Of a stretch of 64,000 nucleotides of DNA, positions 20,255-28,334 are shown one piece after another. Made by a program: the position numbers and the translations under genes. A model generated the notes under the pieces. The model did not search any database. It was not told the DNA's origin and saw nothing but the letters and a program-made list of their open reading frames with translations. Numbering within the stretch: the first letter of the stretch is position 1; each line of letters starts with the position of its first letter. The stretch comes from an uncultured Gammaproteobacteria bacterium (GTDB lineage Bacteria > Patescibacteriota > Patescibacteriia > UBA2591 > UBA6264), in the NCBI GenBank assembly GCA_964596735.1, contig CAZQVF010000002.1:18321-82320 (forward strand), given 5' to 3'.

Positions 20255-22012
20255 ATGGGTAAATTTTCAAAAACAGGTTTTGGCTTAGATATCTCTGATT
20301 TTTCAATCGAGGTTCTTGAGCTTAGTTCAAAAGTAAAAGTAAAAACTTTTTCTAGAATAACCCTAGAGCCAGGCATAATTGAAAATGGTCTTATTCTTGA
20401 TAAGAAAAAATTAACTAAAAAACTCAAAGAACTTGTTGCTAAAACAAAAATAAAAACAAGTCAGGTTGTTTTATCTTTACCAGAATCAAAGGTTTTTATT
20501 CATGTTTTTAAGGTTCCTAAGGGATTAAAAAAGACTAATTTAAAAGATGCCATTGCCTTTGAGGCGCCTAAAGTCATTCCTTTAAACCAGGAAGAAATAT
20601 ATTGGGACTGTCAGACAATTTCCTCTCCAGCAAAATCAGCTCAACAATCTGTTTTATACATCGCTGTTTTTAAAAATATTATTGATACCTATATTGAAGT
20701 TTTAACCTTGGCTGAGTTAAAACCAGTTGTTTTTGAGATAGAATCATTGGCTTTGGCTCGGGCTTTATTGTTAGAATTAAAACCAGTTAACAGTTTGATG
20801 ATTGTTGATTTAGGGGCTCGAACAACTAATATTAGTATTTTTGGTAAAAACAAACAATTAAGATGGTCTTCAACAGTTTCTGTTGCTGGCAAGCATTTTA
20901 CTCAGGCAATTGAGGAAAAATTAAAAAAATCTACAGAACAGGCAGAAAAATTAAAAAGAGATAAGGGCTTGTCAGATAAAAGCATTGTTAAGCTTATTTT
21001 AGAGAAAGAACTTAAACCGATTATTGAGGAAATAAAAAATATTCTTGATTTTTATAATGAACCAGTAGACGAAATTATTTTAAGCGGGGGTTCAGCTCAA
21101 ATACCAGAAATTGTCTCTTATCTTTCTACTAAACTTGAGAAAAAGGTTAGTCTGGGCAAATCAGTAATTACCAAACAATTAAAAGGAACTTCTATTCTTT
21201 ATAACACGGTTATTGGCTTAGCCCTTAAGTCGCGTCAGGGGGCCAAAAAAGGAGAAATTAATTTATTACCTCAAAAAATTAAAACCAAAAAATCTTTTAT
21301 TAATAAAGAAACGCAGGAAAGCAGGCTTTTTCAAATATTTGGTTATGTTTTTCCCTTAGCCTCTATAGTCTTTCTTGGTTGGGTGATTATTAATTACACA
21401 CCCCAACAACCACGTTTCTCAAATATTGCCCAGAAAATTTTTATAAACGAAGAGGTTGTTCCTGAAGAAAAAGAATCAGAACCAGTTAAAGCGATTAAAG
21501 AAGAAACAATAAGTGAAGAAATGGTGGTTGAACAAGAACCAGTTTCTGAAGAAGTAGTAGAAGAAATGGTGGTTGAACAAAAAAAAACCACCCAGATTAT
21601 TATTAATCAAGGGATTAGCCGTTTAAATGTAAGAAAAGGTCCTGGATCTGAATATGATATTGTGACCAAGGTTTATCCTGGAGAGAGTTATCCACTATTG
21701 CAAGAACAAGGGGAATGGTATAAAATAAGGGTAGATGAGGATACAGAGGGATGGCTTTCTGCCACTTATACAACTTTACAAGAAAAGACCACTTTATTAG
21801 AAGAGAAAATTGGTCAAATTACTGTCAAAGAAAGTGTTTTAAATGGATTAAATCTTCGTGATGGTCCAGGAACAAATTATACTATTATTACCAAGGTTTA
21901 TCCTGGAACAAATTATCTACTATTGCAAGAACAAGGAGAATGGTATAAAATAAGGGTAGATGAGGATACAGAGGGATGGCTTTCTGCCACTTATGTTTTA
22001 AAATTAGAATAA
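20255..22012 (+). CDS. pilM: Fusion protein: PilM (actin-like pilus assembly ATPase fold), a PilN-like TM segment, an acidic linker and two tandem SH3b (bacterial SH3) domains
   Basis: N-terminal ~330 aa has the PilM/FtsA-like fold and its position in the locus. There is a TM helix at about aa 360-380. Two C-terminal ~60-aa repeats (RLNVRKGPGSEYDIVTKVYPGESYPLLQEQGEWYKIRVDEDTEGWLSATY) are typical of SH3_3. Confidence 0.7.
   Translation: MGKFSKTGFGLDISDFSIEVLELSSKVKVKTFSRITLEPGIIENGLILDKKKLTKKLKELVAKTKIKTSQVVLSLPESKVFIHVFKVPKGLKKTNLKDAIAFEAPKVIPLNQEEIYWDCQTISSPAKSAQQSVLYIAVFKNIIDTYIEVLTLAELKPVVFEIESLALARALLLELKPVNSLMIVDLGARTTNISIFGKNKQLRWSSTVSVAGKHFTQAIEEKLKKSTEQAEKLKRDKGLSDKSIVKLILEKELKPIIEEIKNILDFYNEPVDEIILSGGSAQIPEIVSYLSTKLEKKVSLGKSVITKQLKGTSILYNTVIGLALKSRQGAKKGEINLLPQKIKTKKSFINKETQESRLFQIFGYVFPLASIVFLGWVIINYTPQQPRFSNIAQKIFINEEVVPEEKESEPVKAIKEETISEEMVVEQEPVSEEVVEEMVVEQKKTTQIIINQGISRLNVRKGPGSEYDIVTKVYPGESYPLLQEQGEWYKIRVDEDTEGWLSATYTTLQEKTTLLEEKIGQITVKESVLNGLNLRDGPGTNYTIITKVYPGTNYLLLQEQGEWYKIRVDEDTEGWLSATYVLKLE
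21665..21994 (+). repeat. Intragenic direct repeat: about 105 nt at 21665-21769 repeated at 21890-21994. The core 78 nt is 76/78 identical and encodes the duplicated SH3b domain
   Basis: Read directly: ACCAAGGTTTATCCTGGA...CTATTGCAAGAACAAGG(G/A)GAATGGTATAAAATAAGGGTAGATGAGGATACAGAGGGATGGCTTTCTGCCACTTAT occurs twice. Confidence 0.85.
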
Positions 22013-22037
22013 TTAATAATAATTAAGTTAAAACTTT

Positions 22038-22499
22038 ATGATTAGATCACGTAAAGGTTTTACTCTCATTGAAATTCTCATTGCCGTCGGGATTATTGCA
22101 ATTTTAGCCGCTATCGTTATTATTGCTATTAACCCAGCTCGTCAGTTTCAAAGAGCGAGAGATTCTCAACGATGGAGTGATGTTAACGCTATTCTTAATG
22201 GTGTTCACCAAAGAATGGTTGACAACAAAGGAAGTTTTGCTGAAGGCACCACCTGTGATGCCCTGCCAGCTACGGTCATGTCTATTACTAGTACAGCTGG
22301 AGCAAACAATGTTGATCTCTGTGATTGTTTGGTAACAACTTATTTAGCCGCTCTTCCTTTTGACCCTTCAACTTCTGGAGCAGGTTTTACTGATTGCAAT
22401 GGCTATACAACTGGTTATACTATTATGCAGGCCGCCACGGGTAGAATTACCGTTGCCGCTCCTGGAGATGAGTTAGATACGATTACAGTAACCCGGTAA
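22038..22499 (+). CDS. pilA: Type IV major pilin (PilA-like), with Cys residues for a C-terminal disulfide
   Basis: N-terminus MIRSRKGFTLIEILIAVGIIAILAAI. About 150 aa. Cys-containing C-terminal region and a strong terminator immediately downstream. Confidence 0.75.
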   Translation: MIRSRKGFTLIEILIAVGIIAILAAIVIIAINPARQFQRARDSQRWSDVNAILNGVHQRMVDNKGSFAEGTTCDALPATVMSITSTAGANNVDLCDCLVTTYLAALPFDPSTSGAGFTDCNGYTTGYTIMQAATGRITVAAPGDELDTITVTR

Positions 22500-22522
22500 T
22501 TTAAAATCAGAATTTACAATAA

Positions 22523-22562
22523 GAGCCTCCACCATGCCAAAAGGTGGCTGGAGGTTTTTTTT
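22523..22562 (+). terminator. Intrinsic terminator after pilA (GCCTCCACC..GGTGGCTGGAGG followed by T8)
   Basis: GC-rich hairpin followed by TTTTTTTT. Confidence 0.7.
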
Positions 22563-22620
22563 ATAGAAAACAGGGTTTGCAAAGATTAAAATTGTTGTTA
22601 GACTTTAATATAACTCTTAT

Positions 22621-23262
22621 ATGAAAAAAATAGATTTGGGAATTATTGGGATAATTAAGCCAAAAGGTATTTCTTCCTTTGGTGTGGTTAGAAAATTACA
22701 ACAAATGAGTAATATTAAAAAGATTGGTCATGCTGGAACCCTAGACCCTTTAGCAACCGGTGTTTTAGTTATTGGTGTTGGCAAACAAGCTTGTCAAAAG
22801 TTAAACAGTATTGTTAAAAAAGAAAAGGAATATATTGCTAAAATTAAATTAGGAGTATATAGTACGACTGATGATGAGGAGGGGGATAAAAAAATAGTAA
22901 ATGTTGAGAATATCCCCTTGTTAAGCCAAATTAGAGAGATGCTGACTGAATTTCAAGGAAAAATCTATCAAGTTCCGCCTATTTTCAGTGCTATTAAAAT
23001 TCAAGGTCAGCCAGCCTATAAATTAGCTCGTCAAGGCAAAAAAGTGGTTTTGAAAAAGAGATTAGTGGAAATAAAGCAAATAAAAATCTTAAAATACAGA
23101 TGGCCGTATCTTGAATTAAAAGCTATTACTGGTCCAGGTGTTTATATCAGGTCTTTAGCTAGAGATATTGGTAAAAAATTAAAAACAGGCGGCTATTTAG
23201 CTGATTTAGAAAGAACAAGGGTGGGGGATTTTAAAAAAGAAAATTGTCTTTTAATTAATTAA
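22621..23262 (+). CDS. truB: tRNA pseudouridine(55) synthase
   Basis: Catalytic motif HAGTLDPLATGVL; size and TruB-like order of motifs. Confidence 0.85.
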   Translation: MKKIDLGIIGIIKPKGISSFGVVRKLQQMSNIKKIGHAGTLDPLATGVLVIGVGKQACQKLNSIVKKEKEYIAKIKLGVYSTTDDEEGDKKIVNVENIPLLSQIREMLTEFQGKIYQVPPIFSAIKIQGQPAYKLARQGKKVVLKKRLVEIKQIKILKYRWPYLELKAITGPGVYIRSLARDIGKKLKTGGYLADLERTRVGDFKKENCLLIN

Positions 23263-23295
23263 AAGTGAATTGTCAATTGTTACTTTTGTAAGCTA

Positions 23296-23324
23296 TTGAC
23301 TTTTTTTATTTTTTTATTAAAATA
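23296..23324 (+). promoter_or_regulatory. Sigma70-like promoter TTGACT-16-TAAAAT driving the plus-strand ncRNA candidate
   Basis: -35 box at 23296-23301 and -10 box at 23318-23323, which predicts a start site near 23330. Confidence 0.45.
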
Positions 23325-23330
23325 ATAATA

Positions 23331-23560
23331 ACCTGAATGTGGAAAATGTCGGTGCCAACACCTATTGATCTGATTATCGTGATGTCCGACAATGAGAGCA
23401 ACTTAACGGATCATAGGGTCGCCGAAAACATTTCCACTTCCTCTGGTTAAACATCATTAGTCGCGCCATAGGACTGGTTAAAGTGCAAAAAGGAGAACAG
23501 TTGCCCTCATTTGAGAAAGGGGGCCCGTCATCATGAGGGCCCCCTGTTTTTTATTAAGAA
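23331..23560 (+). ncRNA. Unidentified structured ncRNA candidate (~230 nt)
   Basis: Promoter upstream and terminator at the 3' end. GC is about 47% in an otherwise ~33% GC intergenic context. A long-range closing helix pairs GTGGAAAATGTCGG (23339-23352) with CCGAAAACATTTCCAC (23422-23437). Only a 37-codon ORF is present. Confidence 0.45.
23521..23560 (+). terminator. Intrinsic terminator (GGGGGCCC-GTCATCATGA-GGGCCCCC followed by T6)
   Basis: Perfect 8-bp GC stem plus U-tract. Confidence 0.75.
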
Positions 23561-23577
23561 AAATATAATCTTTGTAA

Positions 23578-23811
23578 AAAAAGAGAGGGCTGCAAAATGC
23601 AGCCCCTCAAGCGCGCAGAGAGAGGACTAAGGACTTTTTGGTTTGAATGGGGATCGATTTCCTTTTCATACAATGTTTCGGGGATAAAATTTGCATCCCA
23701 CACTCCTAGTAAGTCAAAGGAATATCTTCCCGATTTTTTTAATCCAATAATCTATTCCTTAATTTGTCCTTTTTTCCGCGCTAGCTATATTTTTAAATCT
23801 CCATAAAATAT
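23578..23811 (-). ncRNA. Second unidentified ncRNA candidate on the minus strand (~235 nt), convergent with the first
   Basis: On the minus strand there is a TTGACA-17-TATATT promoter at 23847-23819 and a terminator hairpin (GAGGGGCTGCA TTTT TGCAGCCCTC followed by T7) at 23612-23580. GC content is elevated. The only ORF track entry here (23597-23806 +) is on the opposite strand and has poor coding character. Confidence 0.4.
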
Positions 23812-23818
23812 TATTAAT

Positions 23819-23847
23819 AATATAGCATAAATTTAAGAAATTGTCAA
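23819..23847 (-). promoter_or_regulatory. Sigma70-like promoter (TTGACA-17-TATATT) on the minus strand
   Basis: Read on the reverse complement of 23819-23847. Confidence 0.45.
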
Positions 23848-23900
23848 GTTTGAACCTAAAATAGGTTTACAAAAACACTAATATTTGCTAAAATAAAGCT

Positions 23901-25196
23901 ATGAAAACAAGAATAGTTAATCTTAGGTCAGATCAGCAAAAAGGGTTGAAAGATGTTAATCCTCAGAAATTTCTGTCTGTTTTTGTTATCTCTGCTATAA
24001 GTATTTTTATTTTTATTCTTGTTAGCGGTTTAATTATTGGTCAAAAAAATCCAAATCAATTATTAGCCAGCTCAGCCATGGCTGATTTTATAAAAAAAGA
24101 CACTTCTCCTCAATTCACTATTAAGGAACATGTTATTGAATCAGGAGAAGTTTTTATTAAACTAAACACGGCCTTGGGATTAAGTGAAGAACAATTGCAA
24201 AAAATTCTTAATGCTTCAGAAAATACTTATAGTTTAGTAGAAATTAGAGCCGGAAACAAAATTCGCTCTTTCTTTAATATAACCACTAATGAATTTGAAA
24301 AATTAGAATATGAAATTAATCAAGATAATATCCTAATTGTAGAAAAATTAGAAACCGGGGAATTAAAAGCAGAAAAAAGAGTAGTTGTTTATGAAATTAA
24401 ATTAACCCAGGTTTCTGCCGAAGTTAAAGAAAGTCTTTATCAAACCGGACAAAGCATAGGATTAGCGGATAAAACTATTATGGAAATGGCTGATATTTTT
24501 GCCTGGGATATTGATTTTGGTTTTGATATAAGAGAGGGTGATGAATTTGAACTCTTATATGAAAAAAGGTATTTAGACGGCCAAGAAGTTAATCCGGGAA
24601 AAATCTTAATTGCTCGTTTTCAAAATCAAGAAGAAGATCATTGGGGTGTTTATTACAAAGACTTTGAAGACAGAGAAGACTATTATGATCTAGAGGGCAG
24701 TTGTTTAAGAAGACAGTTTTTAAAAGCTCCGATTAATTACCGCTATATTAGCTCTGGTTATAGCTTAAGCCGTTATCATCCTGTTTGGCATACATATACT
24801 ACTCATCGGGCCATTGATTACGCTGCTTCTTGTGGCACGCCTGTTTCTGCCTCAGGAGCCGGAACTGTTATTCTGGCTGGCTGGAAAAACAATGTTTATG
24901 GATATACAGTAGAAATTCGCCATAATGGTGTCTATACTACTCGTTATGGACATTTATCTGCTTTTGGCAAAGGAATTAGATATGGAGCCAAGGTAACTCA
25001 AGGTCAAATAATCGGTTTTGTGGGAACAACTGGCACATCAACAGGCTGTCATTTAGATTATTCCATGAAAAAATATGGCAGCTTTGTTAATCCTTTAACT
25101 CAGAATTTTGAACGTTCAGATCCAGTTAAAGAAACTTATAAAGAAGATTTTGAATTTAATAAGACCATATTGATTGATTTTCTGGCTGGGGATTAA
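23901..25196 (+). CDS. Membrane-anchored M23 family metallopeptidase (LytM-like)
   Basis: N-terminal TM helix. C-terminal M23 motifs HRAIDYAA ... GTVILAG ... GHLDYSM (HxxxD ... HxH). Confidence 0.8.
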   Translation: MKTRIVNLRSDQQKGLKDVNPQKFLSVFVISAISIFIFILVSGLIIGQKNPNQLLASSAMADFIKKDTSPQFTIKEHVIESGEVFIKLNTALGLSEEQLQKILNASENTYSLVEIRAGNKIRSFFNITTNEFEKLEYEINQDNILIVEKLETGELKAEKRVVVYEIKLTQVSAEVKESLYQTGQSIGLADKTIMEMADIFAWDIDFGFDIREGDEFELLYEKRYLDGQEVNPGKILIARFQNQEEDHWGVYYKDFEDREDYYDLEGSCLRRQFLKAPINYRYISSGYSLSRYHPVWHTYTTHRAIDYAASCGTPVSASGAGTVILAGWKNNVYGYTVEIRHNGVYTTRYGHLSAFGKGIRYGAKVTQGQIIGFVGTTGTSTGCHLDYSMKKYGSFVNPLTQNFERSDPVKETYKEDFEFNKTILIDFLAGD

Positions 25197-25211
25197 ATTT
25201 GCAAAATATCC

Positions 25212-25240
25212 TTGTCAAATAAGCCTATTTAGGTTAAAAT
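25212..25240 (+). promoter_or_regulatory. Sigma70-like promoter TTGTCA-17-TAAAAT
   Basis: Boxes at 25212-25217 and 25235-25240, upstream of the zinc-ribbon ORF. Confidence 0.35.
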
Positions 25241-25279
25241 GTGGGTATAAATATAAGATAAATAATTAGTTAATATTTA

Positions 25280-25465
25280 ATGACTATGAAGAAGAAAAAA
25301 ACTGATGTTACCGTAGGTTATTGTGTTAAATGCAGAGAAAAAAGAAAAATGGACAATCCTAAGGAAATTACCATGAAGGGTAAGGGTGGGACTAAACGTC
25401 GCGCCATGACTGGTATTTGTCCAAAATGCGGAACCAAGATGTTCCGAATCATGGGCAAAGCATAA
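25280..25465 (+). CDS. Small zinc-ribbon protein (two CxxC pairs: CVKC ... CPKC), lysine-rich
   Basis: 61 aa, with its own promoter-like element. Confidence 0.5.
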   Translation: MTMKKKKTDVTVGYCVKCREKRKMDNPKEITMKGKGGTKRRAMTGICPKCGTKMFRIMGKA

Positions 25466-25518
25466 TTGGATAGAAAATAATTAATTGCTTTCTTAGTTCC
25501 TTTTAAAGGAATAGTTTT

Positions 25519-26562
25519 TTGATATTTATGATGAATAAAATACACGATTTAGCTTCAAGGGTGACCAATGTGGTTGAGAAAAGGCAATGGCCCAAGGCTA
25601 GTGCTGGTCGAAAAATGATTTCTCAAATCCCTTTAATTATGTCTGAGCAGACAATAGGCGATGCTCAGGCTATTCTTTTTGAAAAACATGATCAAATTGA
25701 AACCATTAACTATTTCTATGTTATTGATGAAAACAAGAAATTTATTGGCGTTTTTTCAATTAAAGAGCTTTTCCGCCAAAATACTGAGAAAAAGGTTAAG
25801 GAATTCATGATTAAAACTGATTTAGTTAAGGTTGAACCTGAAACAGATCAAGAAAGAGTGGCTTATTTGGCTTTACACCGTAATTTAAAATCTATTCCTG
25901 TTGTTGATAAAGACAATACTTTACTTGGTATTGTTCCTAGTGATTATATTTTAAATATTTTAGAAAAAGAAATTAGTGAAGATTTACTCTATCTGGCTGG
26001 TGTTTATGAGCCAATTTCTCGTCTTGAATGGAAAGATCAGCTAACCTTTCCTTTTTTTATGGCCATTAAACATCGTTTGCCTTGGTTGTTAGTTGGTTTA
26101 ATTGGTGGTATATTAGTGGCTCGAATTATTGGTTTTTTTGAAGCTTCATTGCGACAGAACTTGGTCTTGGCCATGTTTATCCCCGTAATTGTTTATATGA
26201 GTAATGCCACTGGTAGTCAAACCCAGGCTATTTTTCTAAGGGATTTAGCCACCCATACAAAAATACCTTTTAGAAAATATTTTTTAAGGCAGTTATTAAC
26301 TTGTTTTTTCTTAGCCGTGTTTTGTAGTCTTTTACTTTTCTTAGTTATCGCTGTTGGTTGGACCACATTTTATTTAGCCTTTGTTTTGGGTTTCTCCATG
26401 TTAATGACTATTATTAGTGCTTCATTTTTTGCTTTGGCTATTCCTTATTTTTTAAACAAACTTAAATTAGATCCTGCCTTTGGTAGCGGTCCTTTTACAA
26501 CTATTATTCAAGATATTTTAAGTATTGTTATTTACTTTGGTATTGCTAATTGGCTATTATAA
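25519..26562 (+). CDS. mgtE: Magnesium transporter MgtE (CBS pair plus MgtE TM domain). The start is probably at MMNKIHD
   Basis: CBS-like region followed by 5 TM helices with an MgtE-like SNATGSQTQA segment. Confidence 0.75.
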   Translation: MIFMMNKIHDLASRVTNVVEKRQWPKASAGRKMISQIPLIMSEQTIGDAQAILFEKHDQIETINYFYVIDENKKFIGVFSIKELFRQNTEKKVKEFMIKTDLVKVEPETDQERVAYLALHRNLKSIPVVDKDNTLLGIVPSDYILNILEKEISEDLLYLAGVYEPISRLEWKDQLTFPFFMAIKHRLPWLLVGLIGGILVARIIGFFEASLRQNLVLAMFIPVIVYMSNATGSQTQAIFLRDLATHTKIPFRKYFLRQLLTCFFLAVFCSLLLFLVIAVGWTTFYLAFVLGFSMLMTIISASFFALAIPYFLNKLKLDPAFGSGPFTTIIQDILSIVIYFGIANWLL

Positions 26563-26609
26563 GAACCTTTCGCTATGCTCCAGAACCTTGAAATTAAATT
26601 TTAAAGAAT

Positions 26610-28334
26610 ATGGATAATAAAAAAGTATCTCAAATTCTTTATCAAACAGCTGATATTTTACAAATTAAAGACGCTAATCTTTTTCGCATTAATGCTTATC
26701 GTCGAGTCGGACAAACAGTTGAAAACTTGGCTGAAGACATTAATTTAATTGCTGAAAGAGGAGAGTTGGAAAAAATTCCCGGAATCGGAAAAGGAATTGC
26801 TCATTATATCCAAGATCTATTAGAAACAGGGACTTGTCATGGTTTTGAAGAATTAAAAAAACAAGTTCCTCTAACTGTTTTAGATTTATTAAATATTGAA
26901 GGCCTAGGGCCGAAAAAAGTTAAATTCCTTTTTCAAAAATTTGACATCAATTCTCTTTATAAATTACAAAGATTACTTAAATCACATAAACTCTTAGAAA
27001 TAGAAGGCTGGGGAGAAAAAACTGAAAAAAATCTTTTAAAATCAATTAATCTTTACAAACGTTATAAACAACGTTTTTTATTAGGTGAAATTTATCCTTT
27101 AGCCCAAGAAATCTTAGAAGAATTAAAACAGTCTGGACTAGTTAACCGAACTGAGGTTTGTGGTTCAATTCGGCGCTGGCGAGGAACAGTTGGTGATTTA
27201 GATATTTTAGCCACATCAAAAAAACCAGAAAAAGCCATTGAATTTTTCACCAAGCTTAAACATGTAAAAAGAATTTTGGCTAAAGGGTCAACCAAGGTTC
27301 AGGTGATTTTAGAGCAGGGGGTAGGGGCTGATTTGCGCGTGGTTGAGCCAAAAAGCTTTGGAGCCGCTGTTCATTATTTTACTGGCTCTAAGGCTCATAA
27401 TATTCGAGTGAGACGTTTAGGTATGCAAAAAAATCTCAGAATTAATGAATATGGGGTTTTTAAAAAATCAGGTAAGAAATTAATTAGAATTGGTGGAGCT
27501 TTTGAAAAAGATGTTTTTAAAGCAGTTAATTTGCCGTTGATTGCCCCTGAACTAAGAGAAGATCAAGGTGAGATAGAAGCAGGACAAAGTAAAAAACTAC
27601 CTCGTTTAATTTCCTTAAAAGATATTCGTGGTGATTGTCATCTACATAGTAATTGGTCTGACGGGTATAAAAGTATTTTAAAAATGGCTCAGGCCTCTAA
27701 AGAAATAGGATATGAATACATTGCCATTACTGATCATGCCACCCCCATGAGAGTGGCCAATGGGCTAAGAGCAAAAAGAATGCCTGGATATATTAAGGCA
27801 ATTAAAAATGCTGATAAAAAAATAAGGGGAATTAAAATTTTAGCCGGCATAGAAGTTGATATTAAAAAAGATGGAACCTTATTTTTATCAAATGAAATCT
27901 TAAAAAAACTAGATGTTGTTGTTGGGGCAACTCATAGTGCTCTGCGTATGCCCAAAAAAGAAATGACTCAAAGAATCATGAAAGCAATGGAAAATCCCTA
28001 TGTTCACATTATTGCTCATCCCTCTAATCGTTTAATTAATAAAAGAGAACCTTCACAAATAAATTTTAATCAGATTATAAAAAAGGCTAAGGAGACGAAA
28101 ACAGTTTTAGAAATAAATGCTTTTTACCGCCGGCTTGATCTTAACCCTAGTCAGGCTCGTTTGGCTAAACAAAATGGGGTAAAAATGATTATTTCAACAG
28201 ACGCTCATCATAATGATTATCTTGATGTTATGAAATTTGGCGTGGCTCAAGCTCGCAGAGGTTGGTTAGAAAAAAAAGATGTTGTTAACACCCTGCCTTT
28301 AAATGCGTTTTTAAAATCTTTGAAAAAGAAATAA
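26610..28334 (+). CDS. polX: DNA polymerase/3'-5' exonuclease PolX (Pol beta-like domain plus PHP domain)
   Basis: Pol X nucleotidyltransferase motif GSIRRWRGTVGDLDIL; C-terminal PHP motifs HLHSNWSDG, TDH, and His/Asp clusters. Confidence 0.85.
   Translation: MDNKKVSQILYQTADILQIKDANLFRINAYRRVGQTVENLAEDINLIAERGELEKIPGIGKGIAHYIQDLLETGTCHGFEELKKQVPLTVLDLLNIEGLGPKKVKFLFQKFDINSLYKLQRLLKSHKLLEIEGWGEKTEKNLLKSINLYKRYKQRFLLGEIYPLAQEILEELKQSGLVNRTEVCGSIRRWRGTVGDLDILATSKKPEKAIEFFTKLKHVKRILAKGSTKVQVILEQGVGADLRVVEPKSFGAAVHYFTGSKAHNIRVRRLGMQKNLRINEYGVFKKSGKKLIRIGGAFEKDVFKAVNLPLIAPELREDQGEIEAGQSKKLPRLISLKDIRGDCHLHSNWSDGYKSILKMAQASKEIGYEYIAITDHATPMRVANGLRAKRMPGYIKAIKNADKKIRGIKILAGIEVDIKKDGTLFLSNEILKKLDVVVGATHSALRMPKKEMTQRIMKAMENPYVHIIAHPSNRLINKREPSQINFNQIIKKAKETKTVLEINAFYRRLDLNPSQARLAKQNGVKMIISTDAHHNDYLDVMKFGVAQARRGWLEKKDVVNTLPLNAFLKSLKKK

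Noticed and set aside
23597-23806. 69-aa ORF on the plus strand in the GC-rich spacer
   Set aside because: It lies opposite a region with a minus-strand promoter and terminator pair and hairpin-rich sequence, and it has poor coding character. It is better explained as part of a minus-strand ncRNA.
23331-23811. Attempt to assign the spacer RNAs to RNase P RNA, tmRNA or SRP RNA
   Set aside because: No GGAAAGUCCGG / ACAGAACCCGGCUUA P4 motifs, no tRNA-like CCA end or tag-peptide ORF, and no SRP domain IV GGAA/GCAGC motifs were found by eye. The identity is left open.
25318-25545. More embedded or antisense short ORFs. Examples: 25318-25545, 27092-27295, 28285-28473, 32470-32820, 34786-35118, 35288-35524, 37667-37948, 39605-39814, 42785-42973, 46054-46272, 46440-46664, 47105-47446, 52046-52231, 54379-54759, 55672-55875, 56062-56358, 56455-56658, 59235-59438, 60139-60384, 60919-61107, 63319-63585, 63586-63816
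   Set aside because: Same reasoning: fully overlapped by confident genes on the other strand or frame.
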